Part shown: positions 30,737-39,135 of the stretch, piece by piece
Numbering within the stretch: position 1 is the first letter of the stretch
Layout of the letters: every line of letters starts with the position of its first letter
Assembly (NCBI GenBank): GCA_965363755.1
Contig: CBDTVL010000001.1
Location: 1-63,183, forward strand
From: an uncultured Sulfitobacter sp.
GTDB lineage: Bacteria > Pseudomonadota > Alphaproteobacteria > Rhodobacterales > Rhodobacteraceae
Length of the DNA stretch: 63,183 nt
Direction: 5' to 3'
The notes under the pieces: model-generated
What the model saw: only the letters and a program-made list of their open reading frames with translations
Told to the model about the DNA's origin: nothing
Databases searched by the model: none
Position numbers and translations under genes: made by a program

Positions 30737-30780
30737 TTAATACACAGTTAATTACTGTGGCTGTTAAATTCCTCAGTTAA
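30737..30780. promoter_or_regulatory. CtrA-like binding site(s)
   Basis: TTAA-N7-TTAA at 30737-30751 plus two GTTAA half-sites at 30763 and 30776. Confidence 0.5.
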
Positions 30781-30795
30781 GCGACGGAGGAATTC

Positions 30796-31056
30796 ATGGT
30801 GGTCGCAATGACTGTTCTAATTGGGGCGTTTTGCACAATATCAGCTGTGCTGAGTATGATTTTATTCGGCGTATCGGGCTGGGCCATTGTTCAGATCTAC
30901 GGCGTATTTTGTTTGGCATTGGCCCTAACCGGTGCGGCAGTCGCAGTGATTCTGGGTCACCAGAAATCAAATACTGCCGCCCCTCTCGAAAGTGACGAAC
31001 CGTCAGAAGAACTTGCAAGTCCGTTCGAAGGCCGGATCGCAGTCAGTGGGCCATGA
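30796..31056 (+). CDS. Small two-TM hypothetical membrane protein
   Basis: GGAGG RBS 5 nt before ATG; two hydrophobic segments and an acidic tail; overlaps the usp 3' end by 14 nt. Confidence 0.65.
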   Translation: MVVAMTVLIGAFCTISAVLSMILFGVSGWAIVQIYGVFCLALALTGAAVAVILGHQKSNTAAPLESDEPSEELASPFEGRIAVSGP

Positions 31057-31882
31057 ACACCGGCACTTTCGCCTGTTCCAGCATATTGCGAGTTGCACCG
31101 CCCAGGATCGCCTCGCGCAGCCGTGAATGACCATATGCTCCCATCACCAGCATGTCGGCGTCAATATCTGTGACATGTCGATTCAGGATATCAGACACGC
31201 GGGGCATAGTCTTACTGAGCACATCGATCTCACATGAGACACCGTGCCGGGACAACATCTGCGACACAGGCCCACCCGGATCAGACCGGCTCCGACCGTG
31301 CGCTGGCGGATCAATTACGGCGATGTGCACTATGTCGGCCCCGATCAGAAACGGCATGGCAGCACGAATTGCCACCAATGCCTCGTTGCTTTGGTTCCAG
31401 CCGATTACGACGCGTCTGGGGGCCGTTATTGGTGCTGCGTCTGGCGGAACCACCAGAACCGGCGCTTTGCCTTCAAACAGAACTGCTTCAATAACCGCCT
31501 CGACTTCGGCGCCCTGATCTGCGCCATAGGGCTGCGGCAAGATGGCAAGATCAGCAAACCTTGCAGGTTCAGCAACGTGCCGGCCTAGATCGGCAAGGGC
31601 CGCCACCGCCATGTCGTTGGCCCACCGGACATCCGTGCGCTGCATCTGATCTGTTGCAAAGGCGTCAATTTCTTTCACCTCTTCCTGCGCGCGATTTATC
31701 GTTTCCTGCAGGATCATCGCGTTTGCACCCGCGTAATAATAGCCGATTTGGCTGCGGTCCAGACCCAGCGACAACACGTCGACGTGGGCGTCCTGCACGG
31801 TTGCTAAAGCAATCGCCTGTTCCAGTGGCGCTGCGGCAAGTCGGGTATCTGTCAAAACGGTTAGTAGTGATTTGTATGCCAT
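31043..31882 (-). CDS. Universal stress protein (tandem USP domains)
   Basis: MAYKSLLTV start, VMGAYGHSRLREAILGGATR; divergent from ccoN. Confidence 0.93.
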   Translation of the reverse strand: MAYKSLLTVLTDTRLAAAPLEQAIALATVQDAHVDVLSLGLDRSQIGYYYAGANAMILQETINRAQEEVKEIDAFATDQMQRTDVRWANDMAVAALADLGRHVAEPARFADLAILPQPYGADQGAEVEAVIEAVLFEGKAPVLVVPPDAAPITAPRRVVIGWNQSNEALVAIRAAMPFLIGADIVHIAVIDPPAHGRSRSDPGGPVSQMLSRHGVSCEIDVLSKTMPRVSDILNRHVTDIDADMLVMGAYGHSRLREAILGGATRNMLEQAKVPVFMAH

Positions 31883-31974
31883 GGATTTCTCCTGTCGCGT
31901 TTGGTTCAGGCCTGCAACTTAGGACTCGCGCGTGCTTCCTGCCTTATGCTGGTCAAAAAGATCGCACTGACGCG

Positions 31975-31988
31975 TTGACACAGATCAA
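31975..31988. promoter_or_regulatory. FNR/FnrL box upstream of ccoN (shared with usp)
   Basis: TTGACACAGATCAA; a weaker second site CTTATGCTGGTCAA lies at 31943-31956. Confidence 0.9.
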
Positions 31989-32081
31989 AGCGTCGGCTCT
32001 TTGTTCGTATGAGAAGGACAATAGTCAAAATACGTCTTTCGCGGCATCAGAACCGCAAAAGGCACGACGAAGGGACGAAGA

Positions 32082-33692
32082 ATGTCAAACTACTTCAAGC
32101 TGGTTGTGTTTGGTCTGGTCACGCTTTTTGCGATGATCGCGGCCAATTACGCGCGCGATATTGCGTATCAGGTTCACGCTGTACTCATCATGTTAGTGGC
32201 CGGCTGCTTGTTTTTATACACGCTGCGCCAGACAGACGAAGTCAGCGCCGCGCCGGCCGATTTATCGCATGAATACATGGACGGCGTTGTACGTGCCGGG
32301 GTCATTGCAACCGCTTTCTGGGGAATAACCGGCTTTTTGGTCGGTGTTATTATCGCGTTCCAGCTCGCATTTCCTGCGCTGAACTTGGACGTGTTGCAAG
32401 GATACGGCAACTTCGGGCGTCTACGGCCGCTGCATACTTCTGCAGTGGTTTTTGCCTTCGGCGGCAACGCGTTGATTGCAACGTCTCTATTTGTTGTACA
32501 GCGCACCTGTGCCGCTCGTCTTTGGGGGGGCAACCTCGCGTGGTTCGTGTTCTGGGGCTATCAGTTGTTCATCGTTCTTGCGGCGACCGGCTATGTTCTT
32601 GGAGCCACGCAGTCCAAGGAATACGCGGAACCGGAATGGTATATTGATTTGTGGCTGACCGTAGTCTGGCTGGCCTATCTGGCAATTTTCCTTGGGACAT
32701 TGATCAAGCGGAAAGAGCCTCATATCTACGTGGCAAACTGGTTCTATCTGGCCTTCATCGTCACTGTTGCAATGCTGCATGTGGTCAACAACCTTTCCGT
32801 CCCAGTGTCGATTTGGGGCTCCAAGTCAGTGCAGGTTTTCTCGGGTGTGCAGGATGCGATGGTGCAATGGTGGTATGGCCACAACGCTGTCGGGTTCTTC
32901 CTGACTGCCGGGTTCCTTGGCATGATGTATTACTTTGTGCCCAAGCAAGCTGAACGTCCGGTTTACAGCTACAAATTGTCAATCATTCACTTTTGGTCGC
33001 TGATCTTCCTTTATATCTGGGCGGGTCCGCACCACTTGCACTACACCGCGCTGCCAGATTGGGCGACTACTCTTGGTATGGTGTTCTCGATTGTGCTGTG
33101 GATGCCAAGCTGGGGTGGTATGATCAATGGTCTGATGACGCTGTCAGGGGCTTGGGACAAACTGCGCACCGACCCAGTGATCCGCATGATGGTAATCTCG
33201 ATTGGGTTCTACGGCATGTCCACATTTGAGGGGCCGATGATGTCAATCCGCGCAGTGAACTCGCTGTCGCATTACACCGACTGGACCATCGGGCACGTGC
33301 ATTCCGGGGCTTTGGGCTGGAACGGTATGATCACCTTCGGGGCGCTTTACTATCTGGTGCCGGTGCTTTGGAAACGCGAACGTCTGTACAGTCTGACACT
33401 GGTCAGCTGGCACTTCTGGCTCGCGACTATTGGCATTGTTCTTTATGCGGCGTCCATGTGGGTGACTGGCATCATGGAGGGCCTGATGTGGCGCGAAGTT
33501 GATGCCAATGGGTTCCTGGTGAACTCGTTCGCCGACACCGTGGCGGCAAAATTCCCGATGAATGTTGTACGCGGATTGGGCGGTGTGATGTTCCTCAGTG
33601 GTGCGCTCATCATGTGCTATAATCTGTGGATGACTGTAAGACGGGCACCGGCCAAAGAGGCCAGCCTTTCCACAGCCGTTCCGGCCGAATAA
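32082..33692 (+). CDS. ccoN: cbb3-type cytochrome c oxidase subunit I
   Basis: [32 protein letters not shown]. Confidence 0.98.
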   Translation: MSNYFKLVVFGLVTLFAMIAANYARDIAYQVHAVLIMLVAGCLFLYTLRQTDEVSAAPADLSHEYMDGVVRAGVIATAFWGITGFLVGVIIAFQLAFPALNLDVLQGYGNFGRLRPLHTSAVVFAFGGNALIATSLFVVQRTCAARLWGGNLAWFVFWGYQLFIVLAATGYVLGATQSKEYAEPEWYIDLWLTVVWLAYLAIFLGTLIKRKEPHIYVANWFYLAFIVTVAMLHVVNNLSVPVSIWGSKSVQVFSGVQDAMVQWWYGHNAVGFFLTAGFLGMMYYFVPKQAERPVYSYKLSIIHFWSLIFLYIWAGPHHLHYTALPDWATTLGMVFSIVLWMPSWGGMINGLMTLSGAWDKLRTDPVIRMMVISIGFYGMSTFEGPMMSIRAVNSLSHYTDWTIGHVHSGALGWNGMITFGALYYLVPVLWKRERLYSLTLVSWHFWLATIGIVLYAASMWVTGIMEGLMWREVDANGFLVNSFADTVAAKFPMNVVRGLGGVMFLSGALIMCYNLWMTVRRAPAKEASLSTAVPAE

Positions 33693-33706
33693 GGGGGCCT
33701 GAGCAA

Positions 33707-34432
33707 ATGGCAATTCTTGATAAACACAAGATCATTGAAACCAACGCGACTTTGTTGCTGGTCCTAAGCTTTCTGGTCGTTAGCATCGGGGGCATCGTGC
33801 AAATTGCACCCCTGTTCTGGCTGGAAAATACCATCGAAAAGGTTGACGGGATGCGCCCGTATTCTCCGCTGGAGTTGACGGGCCGCGATATCTACGTGCG
33901 CGAAGGTTGCTATGTCTGCCATAGCCAGATGATCCGTCCGATGCGAGACGAGGTTGAACGTTATGGGCACTACTCGCTCGCAGCCGAGTCGATGTATGAC
34001 CACCCGTTCCAGTGGGGTTCCAAACGCACGGGACCAGATCTAGCCCGCGTCGGTGGGCGATACTCAGATGACTGGCACGTAGACCACTTGCGTGATCCAC
34101 AGTCGGTCGTGCCGGAATCTGTGATGCCAAAATATGGATTTCTGGAACGCAGGAAGATCGATGCGAAACATGTGGGCGATCTTATAGAAACGCATGCGTT
34201 TGTAGGCGTGCCCTATACGCAAGAGATGATCGAAAACGCATCACTGGATTTCGATGCTCAGGCTGATCCCGACAGCGACTATGATGATATGCTGGAACGG
34301 TACCCGGGCGCGCAGGTGCGCAATTTCGACGGCGCGGCGGGCATATCCGAGCTTGATGCGCTGATTGCTTATTTGCAGATGCTGGGCACGCTGGTCGATT
34401 TTTCGACCTTCACGCCTGACGCAAGCCGCTAA
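33707..34432 (+). CDS. ccoO: cbb3-type cytochrome c oxidase subunit II
   Basis: [28 protein letters not shown]. Confidence 0.97.
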   Translation: MAILDKHKIIETNATLLLVLSFLVVSIGGIVQIAPLFWLENTIEKVDGMRPYSPLELTGRDIYVREGCYVCHSQMIRPMRDEVERYGHYSLAAESMYDHPFQWGSKRTGPDLARVGGRYSDDWHVDHLRDPQSVVPESVMPKYGFLERRKIDAKHVGDLIETHAFVGVPYTQEMIENASLDFDAQADPDSDYDDMLERYPGAQVRNFDGAAGISELDALIAYLQMLGTLVDFSTFTPDASR

Positions 34433-34444
34433 GGAGGGGCTGCA

Positions 34445-34636
34445 ATGGAAACCTATTCCCTCCTGCGTGAATTTGCCGACAGCTGGATGTTGTTGCTGTT
34501 GTTCGGCGTGTTCGTGTTTGTTCTGATCTGGGTGTTTCGCCCGGGCAGCAACGCCACCCACCGTGACACCGCGAACATCCCGTTCCGCCATGAAGACAAA
34601 CCCGCCACATCCAAAGAAGAGGAGGCGCGGCTATGA
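34445..34636 (+). CDS. ccoQ: cbb3-type cytochrome c oxidase subunit CcoQ
   Basis: [14 protein letters not shown] + TM + FRPG; position between ccoO and ccoP. Confidence 0.93.
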   Translation: METYSLLREFADSWMLLLLFGVFVFVLIWVFRPGSNATHRDTANIPFRHEDKPATSKEEEARL

Positions 34637-35505
34637 GCAAACCATCAAAAAAACTGGAAGGCGATCCTAACACTACAGGTCACGTCTGGGACGGAATTGA
34701 AGAATTTGACAACCCGATGCCTCGGTGGTGGCTCTGGACGCTGTATGCCTGCATTGTCTGGGCCATCGGGTATACTATTGCCTACCCGGCGTGGCCGCTG
34801 GTAACCCATGCCACGGCAGGTGTTCTTGGCTGGTCAACCCGTGCGGAGGTTGCCAAAGAAATGGCTTCTTTTCGCGAAGCTAATGCGCCGTTGAATGCGG
34901 AACTGGTTGCCATGCCATTGGATGACATTGCCGCGGATCCGGTGCTGGAAGAATACGCAATCAATGCTGGAAGTGCCGTGTTCCGGACATGGTGCGCGCA
35001 ATGCCATGGCTCGGGGGCGGCAGGGGTTCAGGCGTCGGGTTATCCAAATCTGTTGGATGATGATTGGCTGTGGGGCGGCGATATTGAGGCGATTACGGCG
35101 ACCATCCGCCATGGTATTCGCAACGAGGATGACGCCGACGCCCGCTGGTCCGAAATGCCCGCCTTTGGTGAGCTTCTTGAGCCCGAAGAAATCGAGCAGG
35201 TCGTCAATTTTGTGACCACCCTGTCCGGCGGTGCTGCGAAGAACGCCACGCAGGTTGAGGCGGGTTCGGTGGTTTTCGCTGACAATTGTGCATCCTGTCA
35301 TGGCGACGCCGGTATGGGTGATCGCGAACAAGGTGCGCCGAACCTGACTGACGCGATCTGGTTGTATGGCGGAGATCACGAGCGACTGGTCGAGACGGTG
35401 ACTGATTCCCGATTCGGCGTAATGCCATCGTGGACGACGCGTCTGTCCGAGGCGCAAATCCGCGCCGTTGCGACATATGTGCATACACGCGGGGGCGGTG
35501 AATAA
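34633..35505 (+). CDS. ccoP: cbb3-type cytochrome c oxidase subunit III
   Basis: [23 protein letters not shown] and CASCH, two MP ligands. Confidence 0.97.
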   Translation: MSKPSKKLEGDPNTTGHVWDGIEEFDNPMPRWWLWTLYACIVWAIGYTIAYPAWPLVTHATAGVLGWSTRAEVAKEMASFREANAPLNAELVAMPLDDIAADPVLEEYAINAGSAVFRTWCAQCHGSGAAGVQASGYPNLLDDDWLWGGDIEAITATIRHGIRNEDDADARWSEMPAFGELLEPEEIEQVVNFVTTLSGGAAKNATQVEAGSVVFADNCASCHGDAGMGDREQGAPNLTDAIWLYGGDHERLVETVTDSRFGVMPSWTTRLSEAQIRAVATYVHTRGGGE

Positions 35506-35557
35506 CACCCCTTTGCGTTGCGAATCCCTTTTGGTGCCATAAACACCACGAGGGAGC

Positions 35558-35613
35558 CGGCGTTGGCTCTGCGATATGTTCGCGCGTTTCCTGCGGAGCC
35601 AACGCCGATTTTT
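35558..35613 (+). terminator. Long stem-loop, probable terminator of ccoNOQP
   Basis: CGGCGTTGGCTCTGC-N20-GCGGAGCCAACGCCG followed by ATTTTT. Confidence 0.65.
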
Positions 35614-35714
35614 GAGTATCTCACAGTTACAGAGATTGTCCCCGATTGATAGATATCGAGCCATGCGGTGAAGAAATTCACTGACAAGCCAATGTCTAAG
35701 AAAGTTGAGTGACG

Positions 35715-35948
35715 TTAGATTCCGGCGAGCCCTACAATCATCGTGGCCAATGCCACGATAAGGATCAACATGATCGCATGATCCTTCCACAGAAAACCAA
35801 CGGTGAACCACCCCAGTAATCCGGTCAGGAAAAAACAGACGTTCTAGCGCATCCAGCCAAAAGCTGTGGCTGAGCATCCCATAATCTGCACAAATGAAGC
35901 AGCCCATTTCAGAACTGAAATAGACTGCTTCCGATCAAAATATGGCAT
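35715..35948 (-). pseudogene. Small membrane protein (DUF6552-like) interrupted by an in-frame TAG
   Basis: Manual translation MPYFDRKQSISVLKWAASFVQIMGCSATAFGWMR*NVCFFLTGLLGWFTVGFLWKDHAIMLILIVALATMIVGLAGI*; stop at 35844-35846; family call from memory. Confidence 0.65.
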
Positions 35949-35971
35949 AGTCAGAGTGCCAAAGTGGGCCC

Positions 35972-36133
35972 TCACAGCTTATCAAGATCAAGGTCTTTAG
36001 TGGATGAAACCCACCAGTGGCCCTTTGGCAACCAGCGTTTCTTGGTGTCGTCGTCGGAATGCACGATTCCTTTGGCTTGAACGGTGTTTGCGCGGGTCGC
36101 CGTCATGAAACTACGGGCATAGATGTCGATCAT
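35972..36133 (-). CDS. Small hypothetical protein divergent from LysR
   Basis: AAGGAG RBS before ATG 36133; MIDIYARSFMTATR...KKRWLPKGHWW; 53 aa. Confidence 0.75.
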   Translation of the reverse strand: MIDIYARSFMTATRANTVQAKGIVHSDDDTKKRWLPKGHWWVSSTKDLDLDKL

Positions 36134-36217
36134 TTGACTACTCCTTGTGATTGATCGCTTAACTGTATTCATACTTGCTCATTCGGTACAGGAATGCGAC
36201 TCTGGAAGAATTCAGAT

Positions 36218-36236
36218 ATGTAAGGTAGGATTACAT
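36218..36236. promoter_or_regulatory. LysR-type regulatory binding site
   Basis: Dyad ATGTAA-N7-TTACAT containing T-N11-A, abutting the LysR GTG start. Confidence 0.7.
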
Positions 36237-37115
36237 GTGAACTGGCTCGAGATGCCACCGCTTTCAAGCTTGCGCGCCTTCGCTGCTTTTGCCGAAACCG
36301 GGAAAGTAACGGCGGCTGGTGATGCGTTAAATGTGAGCCATGCTGCGATCAGCCAGCAAATGCGCAATCTGGAGTCCCAGCTCAATGCACAGTTGCTCGA
36401 TCGGTCCGGACGGGCACTGATGTTAACTGAACAGGGGCAGCTACTGGCGGATGCTCTGGCGCTGGGATTTGGTGCTATCGAAGGTGCCTTGCGCGATATT
36501 ACCAACGCAGATGCAGACCGCCCGGTACATATTTCTTGCACGCCAACGCTGGCGTCGGCGTGGCTGATGCCGCGACTTGCCGATTTCCGCGCCACCCATC
36601 CTGACATCGACCTGATGATCAACCCGACACTGGATGTCGTTGCGTTGGTACCCGGAGGAATTGATGTCGCCCTGCGATTTGGGGAGGGCGACTGGCCGGG
36701 TGTTGTGTCCGAGCCACTTTTGACGTCGCCGATCGTTATTGTCGCAGCGCCGTCGTTGATCAGCGATCGGACGATCACTCAACCTTCGGACCTGACGGCC
36801 TTTCCGTGGCTTGATGAATTCGGGGCATCAGAAAGCACGAGGTGGCTTCGGTCGCATGGAATCGAGCCGCGGATGGTCAAGGGCCGAATCCAACTGCCCG
36901 GCAATATGATGCTGGACGGCGCGCGCGACGGCCAGGGGGTTATCATAACGGTACAGCATTTTGTGCAAAGCGACATAGACGCGGGCCGCCTGCGAATCCT
37001 GTTTCAAGCACGGGCTGGTGGCGACTATCACATCCTGACCCGCCCGGGGGTGTTGCGCGCGCCGGTTAAAACCTTTGTGGCGTGGCTGAGACGGCAAAAG
37101 CCAACCGATCTTTGA
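36237..37115 (+). CDS. LysR family regulator, GcvA-like
   Basis: PPLSSLRAF, LNVSHAAISQQMRNLE HTH, WLMPRL..F...HPDI, DVALRFG.G.WPG. Confidence 0.93.
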   Translation: MNWLEMPPLSSLRAFAAFAETGKVTAAGDALNVSHAAISQQMRNLESQLNAQLLDRSGRALMLTEQGQLLADALALGFGAIEGALRDITNADADRPVHISCTPTLASAWLMPRLADFRATHPDIDLMINPTLDVVALVPGGIDVALRFGEGDWPGVVSEPLLTSPIVIVAAPSLISDRTITQPSDLTAFPWLDEFGASESTRWLRSHGIEPRMVKGRIQLPGNMMLDGARDGQGVIITVQHFVQSDIDAGRLRILFQARAGGDYHILTRPGVLRAPVKTFVAWLRRQKPTDL

Positions 37116-37159
37116 TCCTTGGCGCGGGTTCCTGTAAGGAGAACTTGAAAATGGAGGTT

Positions 37160-37173
37160 TTGACCCATGTCAA
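37160..37173. promoter_or_regulatory. FNR/FnrL box upstream of ccoG
   Basis: TTGACCCATGTCAA. Confidence 0.9.
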
Positions 37174-37236
37174 AGCTGGGGGCCAACCTCCATGTGAGAA
37201 GTGACGCAAACCATAACATTTAATCGGATTCTGCCC

Positions 37237-38667
37237 GTGAGCACTTCAGAAAAAACCCCAAGCCTTTACGCGGCACGTGAACCGATCTTTCCCAAGGGTG
37301 TTGCGGGCAAGTTCCGCAATCTGAAATGGCTTATTCTGGCAGTTACGCTGGGCATCTATTACATTACACCGTGGATCAGATGGGATCGGGGCGCCACCTT
37401 GCCGGATCAGGCAGTGCTGCTCGATATCGCAAACCGGCGCTTCTATTTTTTCTGGATCGAGATTTGGCCGCACGAGTTCTATTTTGTGGCCGGATTGTTG
37501 ATCATGGCTGGGCTTGGCCTGTTTCTGTTTACTTCGGCATTGGGCCGGGTCTGGTGTGGCTATGCCTGCCCGCAGACCGTCTGGACCGATCTGTTCATTC
37601 TGGTCGAACGCTGGGTCGAAGGCGACCGTAACGCACGTCTGCGTCTGCATCGTCAAAAGAAAATGGATTTCCGAAAATTCAGACTAAACATAACGAAATG
37701 GTTTATCTGGCTGCTGATCGCCGTTGCAACCGGTGGAGCTTGGGTGTTCTATTTCGCGGATGCGCCGACGCTTTTTGTTGATCTGTTCACATTAAATGCA
37801 CACGCTGTCGCTTACGTCACAGTTGTCTTTCTAACCGCGACGACCTTTCTATTCGGTGGGTTCGCGCGCGAACAAATTTGCATTTATGCCTGCCCGTGGC
37901 CGCGTATTCAGGCCGCGATGATGGATGAAGACACGCTTGTTGTGGGGTACCGCGAATGGCGCGGCGAGCCTCGCAAACATTCCGACGCCGCCAAGGCCGG
38001 AGAGCCACAGGGCGACTGCATTGATTGCATGGCCTGCGTCAATGTCTGCCCGGTCGGGATCGATATTCGGGACGGTCAGCAAATGGAATGTATCACCTGC
38101 GCGCTTTGTATCGATGCCTGCGATGACATCATGACCAAGACTGGAAAACCACGCGGCCTGATCGACTATATGGCGCTGAGTGATGAGCCGGCGGAACGTG
38201 CCGGCAATCGCCCCAAAAACATCTGGAAGCATATTCTGCGTCCCCGCACGATCATGTATTCATCGCTATGGTCGATCGTTGGCTTCGCGCTGGTCTTTGC
38301 CCTGTTCATCCGTCAGGATATCGAAATGACAGTTGCCCCCGTGCGCAATCCTACTTTTGTCACGCTTTCGAATGGCTCGATCCGCAACACCTATGATGTG
38401 CGGATACTCAACAAGAGCGGGGTAACCAGCCAGTACAATATCTTTGTCAAAGGCGACCCAACCTTACGGGTTCAGATTGAGGGCACACCCTATGGCACTG
38501 TTGAAGTGGCTGCGGATACGCAGAAACTACAGCGGGTCTATGTGAACTCTCCTGCAGGCTCGACTCCGTCAGGCGCTGAGCGAACTGAGTTCCGTTTCTG
38601 GATCGAAGATCTTGGCAATGGCGACCGGGCCTACACTGACTCGGTATTTAATGGGCGGGCGAACTAA
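37237..38667 (+). CDS. ccoG: cbb3 oxidase accessory protein CcoG/FixG
   Basis: GRVWCGYACPQT, CIYACPW, two ferredoxin CxxCxxCxxxC motifs; alternative start 37201. Confidence 0.96.
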   Translation: MSTSEKTPSLYAAREPIFPKGVAGKFRNLKWLILAVTLGIYYITPWIRWDRGATLPDQAVLLDIANRRFYFFWIEIWPHEFYFVAGLLIMAGLGLFLFTSALGRVWCGYACPQTVWTDLFILVERWVEGDRNARLRLHRQKKMDFRKFRLNITKWFIWLLIAVATGGAWVFYFADAPTLFVDLFTLNAHAVAYVTVVFLTATTFLFGGFAREQICIYACPWPRIQAAMMDEDTLVVGYREWRGEPRKHSDAAKAGEPQGDCIDCMACVNVCPVGIDIRDGQQMECITCALCIDACDDIMTKTGKPRGLIDYMALSDEPAERAGNRPKNIWKHILRPRTIMYSSLWSIVGFALVFALFIRQDIEMTVAPVRNPTFVTLSNGSIRNTYDVRILNKSGVTSQYNIFVKGDPTLRVQIEGTPYGTVEVAADTQKLQRVYVNSPAGSTPSGAERTEFRFWIEDLGNGDRAYTDSVFNGRAN

Positions 38668-38669
38668 CC

Positions 38670-39131
38670 ATGGCTGAGACGCGTGAATTCACTGGCCGCC
38701 ACATGGCCATGGTCATGATCGGCTCATTCGGAGTGATCATCGCAGTCAATCTGACGCTGGCCTACAACGCAGTGAAAACCTTTCCGGGGCTGGAGGCCAA
38801 AAACTCGTACGTCGCCAGTCAGAACTTTGACGCGCGGCGCGATGCCCAGACGGCTTTGGGTTGGGATGTCCGGGCGGATGCAACGGGCGGCCTGCTGATC
38901 CTGTCGATCATAGATAAGACCGGAACACCTGTCAGGGTGCAAAGCCTTGAGGCGGTGCTGGGGCGCGCTACCCATGTAAAAGACGACACTTCCCCTGACT
39001 TGCGGTTCGATGGAACTGCCTATGTTGCCCCAGTCGAACTTGGCGCGGGGAATTGGAACATCCGCATGAAAGCCCAAGCGGCAGACGGCACAGAGTTCAC
39101 CCAGCGCGTTGTGCTGCATGTGAAACGCTAA
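38670..39131 (+). CDS. ccoH: FixH/CcoH family protein
   Basis: FTGRH...FGVIIAVN, TFPGL..NSYVASQ.F. Confidence 0.93.
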   Translation: MAETREFTGRHMAMVMIGSFGVIIAVNLTLAYNAVKTFPGLEAKNSYVASQNFDARRDAQTALGWDVRADATGGLLILSIIDKTGTPVRVQSLEAVLGRATHVKDDTSPDLRFDGTAYVAPVELGAGNWNIRMKAQAADGTEFTQRVVLHVKR

Positions 39132-39135
39132 CGTC

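Noticed and set aside
34834..35907. 357-aa minus-strand ORF
   Set aside because: Overlaps ccoP antisense and a terminator; the protein-like signal in this region lies in another frame (35715-35948)
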